From NCBI GenBank assembly GCA_035686305.1, contig DASRZP010000053.1, positions 3,583 to 67,582 of the forward strand: 64,000 nucleotides of DNA, in the 5' to 3' direction. Under the pieces are notes generated by a model. That model was not told the DNA's origin and ran no database searches. It worked only from the letters and a program-made list of their open reading frames with translations. The DNA comes from Thermodesulfovibrionales bacterium. GTDB lineage: Bacteria; Nitrospirota; Thermodesulfovibrionia; Thermodesulfovibrionales; UBA9159. This document shows positions 44,074-55,250 of the stretch, one piece after another (the stretch's first letter is position 1; every line of letters begins with the position of its first letter). The position numbers were made by a program, and so were the translations under genes.

Positions 44074-47000
44074 ATGAAGGGTATCGGCATCGCGGGCAGG
44101 ATCGCAAAGTCATTCATACGGTCGAAACTTACTCCCCTCATCGTCATTGCATCTCTGCTCCTCGGGGTCTTTGCGATCATCGTCACGCCGAGGGAAGAAG
44201 AGCCGCAGATAGTCGTTCCGATGATCGATGTCATCGTAACCTATCCGGGCGCGTCGGCGCGAGAGGTCGAGGCGCGTGTGACGAGGCCCATGGAGAAGCT
44301 CCTCTGGGAAATAAAGGGTGTCGAATACATTTACTCTATCGTCAAGCCCGGGATGAACCTTACAATCGTGAGGTTCTATGTGGGGGAAGACATGGAGAAG
44401 AGTCTCGTCAATCTGTACAACAAGCTCATGTCGAACTACGATAAGATACCGCCTGGTGTGTCTCAGCCAATGGTAAAACCGAAATCGATCGATGATGTGC
44501 CTATCCTTACCCTCACGCTGTGGAGTGAAAACAAGCGGTATTCAGGATATGAGTTGAGGCGCGTTGCATGGGAGCTGGGCGACGAGATCAAGAAAGAGAA
44601 GGATGTCTCGGAGCTTACAGTCAAGGGAGGACAGAGGAGACAGGTCAGGATCGCCCTCGATCCTTCCAGGCTCAGGGCATACGATACTACAGCCTTTCAG
44701 ATCATGGGCGCTCTGCAGAAGGCGAATGTTTCCCTCCCTTCCGGCGCTTTTCCTTCAGGGAACAGGGAGTACCTTGTTGATACAGGAAGATTTATCAGGG
44801 ATGCCGGTGAGGTCGGCAGCCTCGTTGTCGGGGTAGTGAACGGCAGGCCCGTCTATCTGAAGGACGTGGCTGAGATCAAGGACGGACCAGAGGAGCCGGC
44901 CGATTACGTCTTCATGGGCCTGGGACCATCGGCCGAGAAGAAGGGGATTACAGCCGGTAAATCCGGGTTGTACGAGGCGGTCACCATAGCCATCGCAAAG
45001 AAGAAGGGTGCAAATGCAAGCATCGTCGCCCACGAAGCCCTCAAGAAGGTTGAGGCCTTAAGAGGCAACCTCCTGCCCTCTGCTATCAACGTGACGGTGA
45101 CGAGGAATTACGGAGATACGGCAAAGGAAAAGTCAGATGAGTTGCTCGAGCATATGCTCATCGCCACCATCTCGGTGATCTTTCTCATCGCCCTTGCCCT
45201 TGGCTGGAGGGAATCTCTTGTTGTGGCGGTGGCCGTGCCTGTCACTCTTGCCCTGACGCTCCTTGTGAACTACCTCTACGGATACACCCTGAACAGGGTG
45301 ACGCTCTTTGCCCTCATATTCTCAATCGGTATCCTCGTCGATGACGCCATCGTCGTTGTCGAAAACATACACAGACATTTCAGGCTCCGCAGGGTAGAGC
45401 CCCTTACTGCCGTCCTTGCTGTCGATGAAGTCGGCAACCCGACGATACTCGCCACCTTTGCCGTTATCGCGGCCCTTCTCCCCATGGCCTTCGTCTCCGG
45501 TCTCATGGGCCCCTATATGCGGCCCATACCCGTCGGCGCCTCAGCAGCCATGCTCTTTTCCCTCCTCGTCGCCTTCATTGTCAGCCCCTGGCTCAGTTAC
45601 AAGGTCCTGAAGAACGTGAAACAGAAGGAGGGGGAAGAAGAGGGCGGGAGATTCCTTGGGCTCTATGGAAGAATGCTCGGTCCTCTTATCAACGACAGAA
45701 ACAGGCGAATGGCTGCCCTCGCCGCTGTGGCCTCGCTCCTTGGATTGGCTCTTCTCCTCGTTCCGCTGGAGGCAGTCACGGTGAAGATGCTTCCCTTCGA
45801 TAACAAGAGCGAACTTCAGGTGATTGTTGATATGCCGGAGGGCGTGACCCTTGAGGAGACGACAGCCCTGACAGGGGAACTGGGAAAATATCTGAAGACC
45901 GTTCCCGAGGTCACCGATTATCAGGTCTATGCCGGGACATCGGCGCCCTTCAACTTCAACGGCCTTGTGAGGCATTATTTCCTCAGGTCAGGGAGCAATG
46001 TGGCCGATATCCAGGTGAACTTCGTCGGCAAGGATGAGAGGACTGCCCAGAGCCACGATCTCGCAAAAAGGCTGCGGCCTGAACTTAAGAGGATTGGTGA
46101 CAGATACGGCGCCAGGATGAAGGTTGCCGAGATTCCGCCGGGACCGCCTGTCCTGAGCACCCTCGTTGCCGAGGTCTACGGACCTGAGACGAGAGGGCAG
46201 ATTGAGATCGCGAAAGAGATCAAGGAGATCTTTGCCAAGACACCGGGCGTTGTCGATGTAGACTGGTATGTAGAAGACAACCAGAAGAAAGTTACCTTTG
46301 AGATCGACAAGGAGAAGGCCGCGTTCAATGGTATCAGTACGGAGACCGCATTGCAGAGCCTGAGAATCGCACTGAACGGGATGGGGTCGGGTCTCGTCCA
46401 TTTCGAGAGAGAGAAGGAGCCCGTTGAACTTTTTCTGAGAAGTCCCCTGGACGAACGGGCGAGTATCGAGTCACTGAAACAGATCACTGTGCCTTCGGCC
46501 TCAGGAAATCTTGTGGCCCTCTCGGATCTCGTTACGATGAGGGAAGGGCTGGAGGATAAGACGATATACCACAAGAACCTGAAGAACGTCACCTACGTAA
46601 CAGGAGATGTGGCGGGTACGGAGGAAAGCCCTGTCTACGCGATCTTCAAGATGAAGGATAAGGTGAGGGACCTGAGGCTTCCCGAGGGCTATGAACTGAA
46701 GCAGTATTCATCGGTCCAGCCGTGGATCGAGGACAGGTATGCGATGAAGTGGGACGGCGAATGGCACATCACCTATGAGGTATTCAGGGACCTCGGCGTC
46801 GCCTTCGGCGCCGTGCTCATTCTTATTTACATACTCGTTGTGGCCTGGTTCAGGAGCTTCCTTACGCCGCTCATCATCATGGCCCCCATACCTCTTACCC
46901 TGGTCGGCATTCTCCCCGGACACTGGATGTTCGGAGCCTTCTTCACGGCCACGTCCATGATAGGCTTCATAGCGCTGGCAGGCATCATCGTGAGGAACTC

Positions 47001-47328
47001 CATACTCCTCGTCGATTTTGTCCAGATGGAATGGAGGGAACGGGGCAGTCTGAAAGACGCCCTGATAAAGGCGGGCGCTGTCCGGTTCAGACCGATCGTG
47101 CTCACGGCCGCTGCGGTAGTTGTGGGGTCTTTTGTCATGATCTTCGATCCCATATTCCAGGGGCTTGCGATAGCGATGATGTTCGGGGCGGTGGCGGCAA
47201 CGGGGCTCACGCTTATCGTTGTTCCCCTCCTTTATTATGAGGTGTTTAAGAACAGGGGATGTCCTCTCAAAGAGGGGGAAAAGGTCAAGGGGAAAGAAGG
47301 AGGAGAGAAGGAGTTTTCAGAAATATAG
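44074..47328 (+). CDS. RND efflux transporter, AcrB/AcrD/AcrF family
   Basis: 1084 aa with 12-TM RND topology. [23 protein letters not shown] and [14 protein letters not shown] motifs. Confidence 0.9.
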   Translation: MKGIGIAGRIAKSFIRSKLTPLIVIASLLLGVFAIIVTPREEEPQIVVPMIDVIVTYPGASAREVEARVTRPMEKLLWEIKGVEYIYSIVKPGMNLTIVRFYVGEDMEKSLVNLYNKLMSNYDKIPPGVSQPMVKPKSIDDVPILTLTLWSENKRYSGYELRRVAWELGDEIKKEKDVSELTVKGGQRRQVRIALDPSRLRAYDTTAFQIMGALQKANVSLPSGAFPSGNREYLVDTGRFIRDAGEVGSLVVGVVNGRPVYLKDVAEIKDGPEEPADYVFMGLGPSAEKKGITAGKSGLYEAVTIAIAKKKGANASIVAHEALKKVEALRGNLLPSAINVTVTRNYGDTAKEKSDELLEHMLIATISVIFLIALALGWRESLVVAVAVPVTLALTLLVNYLYGYTLNRVTLFALIFSIGILVDDAIVVVENIHRHFRLRRVEPLTAVLAVDEVGNPTILATFAVIAALLPMAFVSGLMGPYMRPIPVGASAAMLFSLLVAFIVSPWLSYKVLKNVKQKEGEEEGGRFLGLYGRMLGPLINDRNRRMAALAAVASLLGLALLLVPLEAVTVKMLPFDNKSELQVIVDMPEGVTLEETTALTGELGKYLKTVPEVTDYQVYAGTSAPFNFNGLVRHYFLRSGSNVADIQVNFVGKDERTAQSHDLAKRLRPELKRIGDRYGARMKVAEIPPGPPVLSTLVAEVYGPETRGQIEIAKEIKEIFAKTPGVVDVDWYVEDNQKKVTFEIDKEKAAFNGISTETALQSLRIALNGMGSGLVHFEREKEPVELFLRSPLDERASIESLKQITVPSASGNLVALSDLVTMREGLEDKTIYHKNLKNVTYVTGDVAGTEESPVYAIFKMKDKVRDLRLPEGYELKQYSSVQPWIEDRYAMKWDGEWHITYEVFRDLGVAFGAVLILIYILVVAWFRSFLTPLIIMAPIPLTLVGILPGHWMFGAFFTATSMIGFIALAGIIVRNSILLVDFVQMEWRERGSLKDALIKAGAVRFRPIVLTAAAVVVGSFVMIFDPIFQGLAIAMMFGAVAATGLTLIVVPLLYYEVFKNRGCPLKEGEKVKGKEGGEKEFSEI

Positions 47329-47370
47329 GCTAACGTTGCAAGACTGGATAACCTATGAGGAGGTTGTGAC

Positions 47371-47595
47371 ATGTATTTGGCTAAGACTGACAATTGGTAT
47401 CTCGAAAGAATCATCTGGCTCGTGGCTGGTATTTTCACGCTCTCAAGCGGTATATTGGCTTGGGTACACAGTGCATACTGGCTGATTCTGACATGCCTTG
47501 TCGGCGTGAACCTGATTGTTTTAGGACTTACAGGCTTTTGCCTGATGGCGAACATACTGTATTCACTCGGTGCAAAGCCAAGATTGCAGAAGTAA
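47371..47595 (+). CDS. DUF2892 (YgaP-like) small membrane protein
   Basis: ERIIWLVAG...LVGVNLIVLGLTGFCLMANILYSLG matches the DUF2892 two-helix pattern. Confidence 0.7.
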   Translation: MYLAKTDNWYLERIIWLVAGIFTLSSGILAWVHSAYWLILTCLVGVNLIVLGLTGFCLMANILYSLGAKPRLQK

Positions 47596-47636
47596 GGGAC
47601 AAAAAAATTCAAGGAAATCTATCAAGGAGGCGAAGA

Positions 47637-47795
47637 ATGGAGACCTACGAATACCTCTGTCTTGCGTGCAAAAGGCTCTATGTCCTCCGCGCGTCAGCGG
47701 AAAAGTGTGATGAAGGCAAAGAGTGCCCTCATTGCAAGAGCAGGGACGTCGTTCAGCTCGGCGTTTCAAGTCTCTTCGGTTTATCGGGCGGTTGA
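47637..47795 (+). CDS. FmdB-family (CxxC_CxxC_SSSS) zinc-ribbon protein
   Basis: AAGGAGG lies 6 nt before the ATG. METYEYLCLACKRLY...CPHCKSRDVVQL. Confidence 0.75.
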   Translation: METYEYLCLACKRLYVLRASAEKCDEGKECPHCKSRDVVQLGVSSLFGLSGG

Positions 47796-48104
47796 AACCC
47801 CTATGGTTGCTGAGACCGGTTCGGTCTCCCACTCATTGAGCATTGACCAGTCGCACACGGGCTTCTGCTGTTTTACCGATAGAGTTCAGCTGTTGTCTCT
47901 GAGAGGAGGCGCTCCTGAATTGTTTACGGAGCCAATTGATTCGTGAGTGCCTTCATAATTCTTTCATGATTGCATGATATCGTATTTCTCATCAGATTGC
48001 AGGGGGAGGTGAATCGAGAATGTGGAGAAACAGTTCCTGAAGGGTTATCCGGTCAAGAAGATCCGGGACATCGTCGAACAGGAATATTAAACGATAGGAG
48101 GTTC

Positions 48105-48497
48105 ATGATGCGGAAATTCGTTGTCGTTACTATGGTCGTTTTTTTGTTTGCAGGCATTGCCTATGGCAAGGACTACGAGGTGAAGAAGAAGGCAGGGGGG
48201 TATGACGTGGAGGTCACGATCGATAAGAACCCGCCTGTGGTGGGTGACAATAATGTGAAGATCGAGATCAAGGACGCCTCAGGAAAGTACGTAACGGACG
48301 CCAAGGTGGTTGTGGATTATAGCATGCCTGCAATGCCCGGCATGCCGGCCATGAATTATAAGGCAGACGCTGAAGTGAAGGGGAATGAGTATAGGGCGAA
48401 GATGAATCTTTCGATGTCCGGCTCCTGGAACGTTGCGATAAAGGTCAATAAAGGCGGGAAGACGTCGACCATGAAATTCACCGTAGACGCGAAATGA
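48105..48497 (+). CDS. FixH/YtkA-like periplasmic protein with Met-rich motif
   Basis: AGGAGG lies before the ATG, followed by a signal peptide. VGDNNVKIEIKDASGKYVTDAKVVVDYSMPAMPGMPAM, then an Ig-like tail. Located immediately upstream of cusCBA. Confidence 0.7.
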   Translation: MMRKFVVVTMVVFLFAGIAYGKDYEVKKKAGGYDVEVTIDKNPPVVGDNNVKIEIKDASGKYVTDAKVVVDYSMPAMPGMPAMNYKADAEVKGNEYRAKMNLSMSGSWNVAIKVNKGGKTSTMKFTVDAK

Positions 48498-48509
48498 AGG
48501 CCATGCTGC

Positions 48510-49841
48510 GTGATGCATGAGGACGCGGGCAGCATGAGAACAAGGCGGCAGACGGGGAAGACCTTTCTTTTTCGTCTCGCGTCCGTCCTGCTTCTCACGC
48601 TCTTCTCGTTTTTTTCCTGGATTCGCTGCGGCGGTGCCGCCGAGGGTGAATTGAGGCTTCAAGATCTTATCGACGATGCCCTGAAGTATAACCACGAGAT
48701 CCTCGTGAACGAAGCACGGATCTCTGCCTCAAGGTTCAGGATACCCCAGGTGACGAGCCTCCCTGACCCCATGGTCACATTTGGGTACCAGAACGAGAGT
48801 TTCAAGAAATACACCTATGGCGATAAAGAGGGCTCACAGTGGATGTTTACCGCCTCCCAGTCGTTTCCCTATCCCGGCAAGCTCTCTCTGAAAGGCGAAA
48901 TGGCTGCGAAGGAGGCCGAAGGGCTCAGGGCTGCCTCAGGCAGTATACGGCTGAAGACCATAGAAAAGGTCAAGGGACTTTACTATGATCTCTTGTTTGC
49001 TTACAAGAGCATCGATATCATCAGGGACAGGGCCGCCCTCTTTTCGAGATTGGAAGACGCTGCTGTGGCGCGCTATTCGTCGGGTCTGGGACTTCAGCAG
49101 GAGGTCCTCATGGTACAGACCGAGAAGTATATGCTCCTGGAAAAAGAGGAGATGGTGAAACAAAAAATAGAATCTCTCGAGGCCATGATCAACTCCACGG
49201 TCGGCAGGAATATCAACGCTCCCGTCGGCAGGCCCGTCGAGGAAAAGGAGACTGAATTCGCAACGTCCATGGAAGAACTCCTCGCCACCCATGTCCAACA
49301 TTCACCCATGGTGAGAGAAAAAGAGGAGATGATCTCGGCAGCTGAGATTGCGGTTAAGATAGCAAGGAAGGAGTACTATCCCGACTTCACAGTCAACGCA
49401 GAGTATTTCAAGAGGGCCCGGGAGTTCGAGGATATGTGGAGTCTTACGACGAGCATCAACATCCCGCTCTTTTATAAGACGAAACAGCGCCAGGCTGTAT
49501 TTGAGAAGGAAGCTCTTTTGTCAGAGGCTGTTCACGACCTCGAAGCGGTAAAATTGATGCTCTCTTCAACAATCAGGGACAATTATACCATGGTCAAGAC
49601 CGCTGAGAGACTCATGAATCTTTACAAGAACGGCCTCGTCCCGAAGACCTACCAGGACTTCGAGGCGGCCCTTGCAGGGTATACGACCGGGAAGGTTGAG
49701 GCCTTGACCGTGATAAACAGACTGAGATCCCTCCTCGATTATGAAACGCTTTACTGGGCTCAATTTGCCGAAAGGGAAAAGGCGATTGCCCGGCTTCAGG
49801 CTGTCGCAGGGACGATGGACTCAGGAAGGAACGATCAGTGA
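48510..49841 (+). CDS. cusC: TolC/CusC-family outer membrane factor
   Basis: OEP repeats (LRLQDLIDDALKYNHEI...). It is the first gene of a CBA heavy-metal efflux set. The start may be ATG 48534. Confidence 0.82.
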   Translation: MMHEDAGSMRTRRQTGKTFLFRLASVLLLTLFSFFSWIRCGGAAEGELRLQDLIDDALKYNHEILVNEARISASRFRIPQVTSLPDPMVTFGYQNESFKKYTYGDKEGSQWMFTASQSFPYPGKLSLKGEMAAKEAEGLRAASGSIRLKTIEKVKGLYYDLLFAYKSIDIIRDRAALFSRLEDAAVARYSSGLGLQQEVLMVQTEKYMLLEKEEMVKQKIESLEAMINSTVGRNINAPVGRPVEEKETEFATSMEELLATHVQHSPMVREKEEMISAAEIAVKIARKEYYPDFTVNAEYFKRAREFEDMWSLTTSINIPLFYKTKQRQAVFEKEALLSEAVHDLEAVKLMLSSTIRDNYTMVKTAERLMNLYKNGLVPKTYQDFEAALAGYTTGKVEALTVINRLRSLLDYETLYWAQFAEREKAIARLQAVAGTMDSGRNDQ

Positions 49842-51094
49842 AGAAATCATACCTCTTTGTCATCGGCGGATTGATCCTGGCAGGAGGGTTGCTCTGGTAT
49901 GGTTCGAAATCCGGCCTCTTTCATCTGAACGTAGCGGGGAATCCGGCTGTGACGGTCCAGAAGGCACAACCCGCATCCGGACGTGAGACTCGTCCGGCTG
50001 AGGAGGCAAGGGAGAAGATTCACCCCCAGGGGAACGAAGTATCATCACAGTCACAAGCTCAGGAAGAAGCCCCCACCGTCGAGATACCTCCTGAGAAGCA
50101 ACAACTTATCGGCATGAAGAGCGCTGTCGTGTCGGTGAGGCCCTTACAGAAGGTCATCAGAACCGTCGGGAGGATCGAATACGACGAGAGGAGACTGGCA
50201 ACGGTGAATACGAAGGTTGAGGGTTGGATAGAGCGGCTCTATGTTGATTATACCGGTAGGCTTGTCAGGAAAGGTGAGCCCCTCGCCGAGATCTACAGCC
50301 CTGAACTCGTGGCGACGCAACAGGAATTCATAAATGTCCTGAGATGGGCGCGGCAGGGCAAGGAAGTGAAGAATGAAACGATCAATGCCATGCTCTCTAA
50401 GGACGCTGAGTCTATCGTTGAGGCTGCAAGGCAGAGGCTCAAGCTCTGGGATATATCGGATGATCAGATCAGGAAGATCGGGGAGTCGGAAAAACCGACA
50501 AGGACGCTCACAATTTACAGCCCGGTGAGCGGTTATATTATTCAGAAGACGGCGCTGCAGGGCATGCGAGTCATGCCGGGAGAAAAGCTCTTCGACATAG
50601 CCGATCTCTCCACGGTATGGATCATCGCCGATATTTATGAATACGATCTGGCGATGATAAAGGTTGGACAGACGGCAACAATCGTCCTGAGCTACTTTCC
50701 CGGAAAGGAGTTTTCGTCGAGAATCGATTATTTCTATCCGAGCCTTTCGGGCGAAACGAGAACCGGGAAAATCAGATTCACGATCCCCAATCCCAGGGAC
50801 CAACTGAAGCCCCAGATGTTTACCAATGTTGAGGTAAGGATCAACCTCGGCAAGAAACTCGCCATCCCTGATGATGCTGTCATTGATACGGGCACGCGCC
50901 AGATCGTCTATGTTGACAGAGGTGAAGGCAACTTCGAGCCACGGGAGGTCGAACTCGGCCTGCGTTCCGAAGGGTTCAGGGAGGTGCTCAGGGGTCTGAA
51001 AGCAGGAGAGAGAGTCGCTTCGTCCGCGGCCTTCCTCATCGATTCCGAGGCGCAACTCAAAGGTGTCACACCCCTTGGGGGCCATAAACACTGA
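49838..51094 (+). CDS. cusB: Heavy-metal RND periplasmic adaptor (CusB-like)
   Basis: GTG overlaps the upstream TGA. RTVGRIEYDERRLATVNTKVEGWIERLYV, IYSPELVATQQEF, and YSPVSGYIIQK. Confidence 0.85.
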   Translation: MKKSYLFVIGGLILAGGLLWYGSKSGLFHLNVAGNPAVTVQKAQPASGRETRPAEEAREKIHPQGNEVSSQSQAQEEAPTVEIPPEKQQLIGMKSAVVSVRPLQKVIRTVGRIEYDERRLATVNTKVEGWIERLYVDYTGRLVRKGEPLAEIYSPELVATQQEFINVLRWARQGKEVKNETINAMLSKDAESIVEAARQRLKLWDISDDQIRKIGESEKPTRTLTIYSPVSGYIIQKTALQGMRVMPGEKLFDIADLSTVWIIADIYEYDLAMIKVGQTATIVLSYFPGKEFSSRIDYFYPSLSGETRTGKIRFTIPNPRDQLKPQMFTNVEVRINLGKKLAIPDDAVIDTGTRQIVYVDRGEGNFEPREVELGLRSEGFREVLRGLKAGERVASSAAFLIDSEAQLKGVTPLGGHKH

Positions 51095-54000
51095 ATGATA
51101 GCCAAGGTTATCGAATTCAGCGCAAGGAACAAGTTCATCATCTTCCTGATGGTGATATTCCTCTGTTGCTGGGGGTACTGGGCACTTACCAAGATCCCCC
51201 TCGATGCAATACCCGACCTCAGTGATACCCAGGTCATCATCTTCACGGACTGGGCAGGGAGGAGCCCTGATTTGGTTGAGGACCAGGTAACCTATCCCAT
51301 AACCTCAACCCTCCTCGCCGCACCAAAGGTCCAGGCGGTGCGAGGATTCTCTTTTTTCGGCAGCTCCTTTATTTATGTAATCTTTGAGGAGGGAACGAAT
51401 ATCTATTGGGCGAGGAGCAGGGTCCTTGAGTATCTCCAGTCGGTGAGAAGCAAGCTCCCCGCGGACGTTAACCCCGTGCTCGGTCCCGATGCCACCAGCG
51501 TGGGTTGGGGATTCAGCTACGCACTCGTCGATGAGAAGGGAGGGCACGACCTCTCTCAGCTCCGCTCACTCCAGGACTGGAACATCAAGCTCGCCCTCGA
51601 AAGCGTGCCAGGCGTTTCCCAGGTAGCGAGCGTGGGCGGATTCGTGAAGCAGTACCAGATCACCATAGACCCGAACCGTCTTTCCGCCTACAACATTTCT
51701 CTCATGAAGATCATGGATGCAGTGCGGAAGAGCAACAATGACGTTGAGGGCCGTGTCCTTGAAATGTCCGGGGTGGAGTACATGGTAAGGGGGCGGGGAT
51801 ATATCAGGACCGTCGGTGATCTCGAGAACATCGCAGTCGGCACCAACGGCGCGGGGACTCCAGTGTATTTGCGTGACGTGGGCAGGGTTCAACTCGGACC
51901 GGAGATACGCAGGGGGCTCGCCGACCTTGACGGAAAAGGTGAAGTGGCAGGGGGAATAGTTGTGGTCCGCTTTGGTGAAAACGTCCTGAACGTTATAGAC
52001 CGGGTAAAGGACAAGATCGCGAAAGAGATCCGGCCGTCCCTGCCGGACGGGGTCAGGATCGTCACTACGTATGATCGGTCGGATTTGATCCATGAATCCA
52101 TCAATACCCTGAAGGAAGAGATCATCAAACTTTCACTGGCAGTGAGCGTCGTCTGCATTGTGTTCCTCTTCCATCTTCCCAGTGCCCTTGTCGTCATACT
52201 GACTCTGCCGGTGGCGATCATCATATCTTTCATCTGCATGTACTACCTCGGCGTTACCTCAAACATCATGAGCCTCGGCGGTATCGCCATAGCCATAGGT
52301 GCCATGGTCGATGCCTCAATTATCATGGTCGAAAACGCCCACAAGAAAATGGAGGAGTGGGTATGCGACCTCGGGAAGAGAGAAGAATGTACCAGGTTCG
52401 ATGTGATTATCGATGCGGCAAAGGAAGTGGGCCCGTCGCTCTTTTTCTCTCTCCTCGTCATCACCGTCGGGTTCCTCCCAATCTTTACACTCCAGGCCCA
52501 GGCAGGGAGGCTCTTCAAGCCGCTGGCATACACAAAGACCTTTGCCATGCTCTTTTCCTCCTTCCTTGCGATTACGCTCACGCCGGTGCTCATGAGCATG
52601 TTTGTGCGTGACGACATACCCTTTTTGAAGAGGATACCGGTGCTCAAATACCTGTTCACCATATATCCCGAAGAAAACCATCCTGTCAGTGTCGTTTTGA
52701 GAAAGGTTTATGAACCCGTGGCTCGAGTCGCCCTGAGGTTTAAGTCGGCTGTCATCATCATCGCTGCCGTCATTTTGGTTTTAACAGTAATTCCCTTTAG
52801 GAAACTGGGCTCTGAATTCATGCCCCCTCTCTATGAGGGAACGCTCTTCTATATGCCGGTCACGGTCCCCGCTGCCTCCATCTCGGTTGCGTCCCAGCTT
52901 CTCCGGGTTCAGGACAGAATCCTGAAGAAGATTCCTGAAGTGGCACAGGTTTTTGGAAAGGCAGGACGAGCTGAGACAGCGACCGATCCAGCGCCTTTGG
53001 AGATGTTCGAGACCATTATCAACCTCAAGCCTGAGTCACAGTGGAGAGAGGGGATGGATGTGGAAAAGCTCAAGAACGAGATGAATGATGCCCTCCAGAT
53101 CCCCGGCGTATCGAATTCATTCACCATGCCGATCAAGGCAAGGATCGACATGCTCGCCACCGGTATCAGAACGCCTGTGGGGGTGAAAGTTCTCGGGCCA
53201 AAATTGGATGTAATCGAAAAGATATCTACAGGGGTGGAAGATGTCATCAAAACGGTCCCCGGAACGAGGAGCGCATATGCCGAAAGGGTGACCACGGGTT
53301 ATTTTCTCGATATCAGGCCCAGGCGTGAAGAGATCGCACGGTACGGCCTTTCAATGGACGATATTCAGGGGGTGATTGCAAGTACGCTCGGGGGAATGAA
53401 CCTCACCACGACGGTCGAGGGAAGAGAGCGCTATCCGGTCAATGTGAGATATGCGAGAGAGCTGAGAAATGACGTCGAAAAGATAAAGGGGATATTTGTT
53501 CCCGTCACCATGGGGGTTGGCCTGCCCGGCATGTCGGACGGCCCGAGAGCCGGCAGCCTTTCCCACATCCCCCTCGGGGAACTTGCCGATGTAAAGATTG
53601 TGAAGGGACCTACATCGATAAAAAGTGAAGAAGGGCTTCTTGCCAATTATGTCTATGTGGATTTTTCCGGCCGTGATGTAGGCGGTTACGTGAAAGAGGC
53701 AAAAGAAAAAGTGGCACACAAGGTCGCACTCCCTGATGGTTACAGGCTCCAGTGGAGCGGCGAGTATGAGTACCTTGTCAAGACCCATGAACGATTGGTA
53801 CTCGTCATCCCGTTGACTGCACTTATCATCTTTGTGCTTATTTACCTTAACACCAAATCGCTCACCAAGACGATGATCGTCCTTTTGGCCGTGCCGTTCT
53901 CCCTGGTAGGTTCATTCTGGCTTCTCTATTTTCTCGACTACAATATGAGCATTGCCGTCTGGGTCGGCATTATCGCCCTTGCAGGACTGGATGCTGAAAC

Positions 54001-54373
54001 AGGTGTTGTCATGCTTCTCTATCTTGACCTGGCGTATGAACAATGGAAAAGGGAAGGGCGCCTTCGCACCATGGATGATCTGAGGGAAGCGGTCATGTAC
54101 GGAGCGGTGAAGCGGATAAGGCCGAAGATCATGACCGTGAGCGTCATTCTTGCGGGCCTTGTTCCGATTATGATGAGCGGCGGTGTCCTGGGAAAATACT
54201 TTCCGCTCCTTTTCAAGGGCGGGGCAGGAACAGATGTGATGCAGCGCATCGCCGCACCTATGGTGGGAGGCGTTATCACCTCCACGATCCTTGAACTTAT
54301 AATCTATCCTGCCATTTACATGATCTGGAAGGGAAGGGTGATGAAGAAAGCGGGAAGCCTCGCCTCATCGTAG
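51095..54373 (+). CDS. cusA: CusA/CzcA-family heavy-metal efflux RND pump (CusA-like)
   Basis: MIAKVIEFSARNKF..., IPDLSDTQVIIFT, and the HME-RND motif GGIAIAIGAMVDASIIMVENAHKKM. 1092 aa. Confidence 0.92.
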   Translation: MIAKVIEFSARNKFIIFLMVIFLCCWGYWALTKIPLDAIPDLSDTQVIIFTDWAGRSPDLVEDQVTYPITSTLLAAPKVQAVRGFSFFGSSFIYVIFEEGTNIYWARSRVLEYLQSVRSKLPADVNPVLGPDATSVGWGFSYALVDEKGGHDLSQLRSLQDWNIKLALESVPGVSQVASVGGFVKQYQITIDPNRLSAYNISLMKIMDAVRKSNNDVEGRVLEMSGVEYMVRGRGYIRTVGDLENIAVGTNGAGTPVYLRDVGRVQLGPEIRRGLADLDGKGEVAGGIVVVRFGENVLNVIDRVKDKIAKEIRPSLPDGVRIVTTYDRSDLIHESINTLKEEIIKLSLAVSVVCIVFLFHLPSALVVILTLPVAIIISFICMYYLGVTSNIMSLGGIAIAIGAMVDASIIMVENAHKKMEEWVCDLGKREECTRFDVIIDAAKEVGPSLFFSLLVITVGFLPIFTLQAQAGRLFKPLAYTKTFAMLFSSFLAITLTPVLMSMFVRDDIPFLKRIPVLKYLFTIYPEENHPVSVVLRKVYEPVARVALRFKSAVIIIAAVILVLTVIPFRKLGSEFMPPLYEGTLFYMPVTVPAASISVASQLLRVQDRILKKIPEVAQVFGKAGRAETATDPAPLEMFETIINLKPESQWREGMDVEKLKNEMNDALQIPGVSNSFTMPIKARIDMLATGIRTPVGVKVLGPKLDVIEKISTGVEDVIKTVPGTRSAYAERVTTGYFLDIRPRREEIARYGLSMDDIQGVIASTLGGMNLTTTVEGRERYPVNVRYARELRNDVEKIKGIFVPVTMGVGLPGMSDGPRAGSLSHIPLGELADVKIVKGPTSIKSEEGLLANYVYVDFSGRDVGGYVKEAKEKVAHKVALPDGYRLQWSGEYEYLVKTHERLVLVIPLTALIIFVLIYLNTKSLTKTMIVLLAVPFSLVGSFWLLYFLDYNMSIAVWVGIIALAGLDAETGVVMLLYLDLAYEQWKREGRLRTMDDLREAVMYGAVKRIRPKIMTVSVILAGLVPIMMSGGVLGKYFPLLFKGGAGTDVMQRIAAPMVGGVITSTILELIIYPAIYMIWKGRVMKKAGSLASS

Positions 54374-54403
54374 TTATGGGCTGAGGTTTTTCGAGAGGAG
54401 AAA

Positions 54404-55183
54404 TTACTGAACAAGGGTATCGTTTCCGACCCGAAACTTCAGTGTCTCCTGTGCAAGGCTCTCATATAATTCCGGAAGCCATGGAGGCCCCGACGTCACA
54501 GCCCGGCTGCGAAGGCCTCCTCGAAGGTCGGCGGGCATGATAATGATGTCGGCATTTTCGAGGCCCACCGTCGCCACGAGAACAAACAACTCTTCGATAG
54601 CGCGGTCGCCAACTGCGATGCACCCCTTGGATTTTGCCTTGCCATGAATGAAGATATCCCCGCCCAGGTCAGTCCGGTTTTCGTCCTCTGCCTTCTGACG
54701 GTCATAGTCGTTGGGATAATTCAGCTTCATGGAGAGATGAAACCTGCTGTTCGGGTTCAACTCGACCAATTGGTAGAGACCCTCAGGAACTTGAAGATCT
54801 CCTTGTCTCTGTTTAGGGCCTTGGGTACCGCTCGCTGCAAGGATTTCATAGGTGCGTATATGGAGCCATGCGCCGTCGTCCCCCTGAGACCATAGCTCGA
54901 GTTTCCGCTCCTCCTTCAAACCGATCAGGGCGATATGGAAAGGGGGATAGACCGCTCCTACCCGCTCAAAGAACGGCTTGATGCGGGCCTCTGCCTTGGG
55001 CCCGAGATGTGTAATTACTTCTTCAACTGATCGCTTCCCCGCTGGAAGGGAGCTTTCCCCGAATCGAGGAGGTTTTTGATGATAGGAATGGTTGACGGAG
55101 CTGTGCCCGGCAGTCGCGGAAATGAAGAGGAACAGTACCATGATCGTCAACCATGGTTTCCTGATCATTCCCGGAAGATGCAT
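54404..55183 (-). CDS. L,D-transpeptidase-fold protein (YafK-like)
   Basis: A signal peptide and the catalytic region DIFIHGKAKSKGCIAVGDRAIEELF. Confidence 0.75.
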   Translation of the reverse strand: MHLPGMIRKPWLTIMVLFLFISATAGHSSVNHSYHQKPPRFGESSLPAGKRSVEEVITHLGPKAEARIKPFFERVGAVYPPFHIALIGLKEERKLELWSQGDDGAWLHIRTYEILAASGTQGPKQRQGDLQVPEGLYQLVELNPNSRFHLSMKLNYPNDYDRQKAEDENRTDLGGDIFIHGKAKSKGCIAVGDRAIEELFVLVATVGLENADIIIMPADLRGGLRSRAVTSGPPWLPELYESLAQETLKFRVGNDTLVQ

Positions 55184-55250
55184 ATCGTCTCAACTTTACA
55201 CTTTTTGATGAAAAAAATGCAAGACGTCGCATCCCAATCCTGCCGGACTC

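Noticed and set aside
50144-51091. 315-codon ORF antisense to cusB.
   Set aside because: It is a shadow ORF. The plus-strand frame is a clear RND adaptor, coupled by start/stop overlap to cusC and directly adjacent (no spacer) to cusA.
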